From NCBI GenBank assembly GCA_951406725.2, contig OX597817.1:27900001-27964000 (forward strand): a stretch of DNA of 64,000 bases. Reading direction: 5' to 3'. Positions 63,962 to 64,000 of this stretch are shown here, piece after piece; position 1 is the first letter of the stretch; every line of letters starts with the position of its first letter. A program made the translations under genes and the position numbers. The stretch comes from Octopus vulgaris (Eukaryota). The notes below the pieces were generated by a model that did not search any database, was not told where the DNA came from, and saw only the letters and a program-made list of their open reading frames with translations.

Positions 63962-64000
63962 TATATATATATATATGACGCAGGAGAGACTTTGTGGTAA

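Overview
AT-rich, microsatellite-dense eukaryotic DNA with no confidently identifiable host protein-coding gene. Most ORFs in the track are translations of (TA)n/(TACA)n/(GATA)n/(TAA)n repeats or pieces of decayed transposons. The SINE repertoire and repeat landscape resemble an octopus (coleoid cephalopod) genome; this is inferred from recognition, not from a search. The window holds decayed hAT and Tc1/mariner DNA transposons, MITEs, RTE, R4/Dong-like, CR1/L2-like and Tx1-like LINE fragments, and at least four tRNA-derived SINE families. The main signal is a set of non-coding, (TA)n-embedded elements carrying type I hammerhead ribozyme (HHR) motifs with palindromic stem III. Two are young tandem arrays with one HHR per unit: a ~480-bp unit at 6379-7990 and a ~560-bp unit x10 at 48094-54177. 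Several shorter unrelated HHR elements also occur. Four loci share one fold-back layout, with RNA-sense arms diverging from a central junction and outer ends mostly in (TA)n. A Penelope-like GIY-YIG remnant with its own 3' HHR (39520-40386) suggests these are non-autonomous Penelope-like (PLE) or retrozyme-like elements that could release unit-length, possibly circular, RNAs. All folds and alignments were done by eye and coordinates may be off by a few bases.
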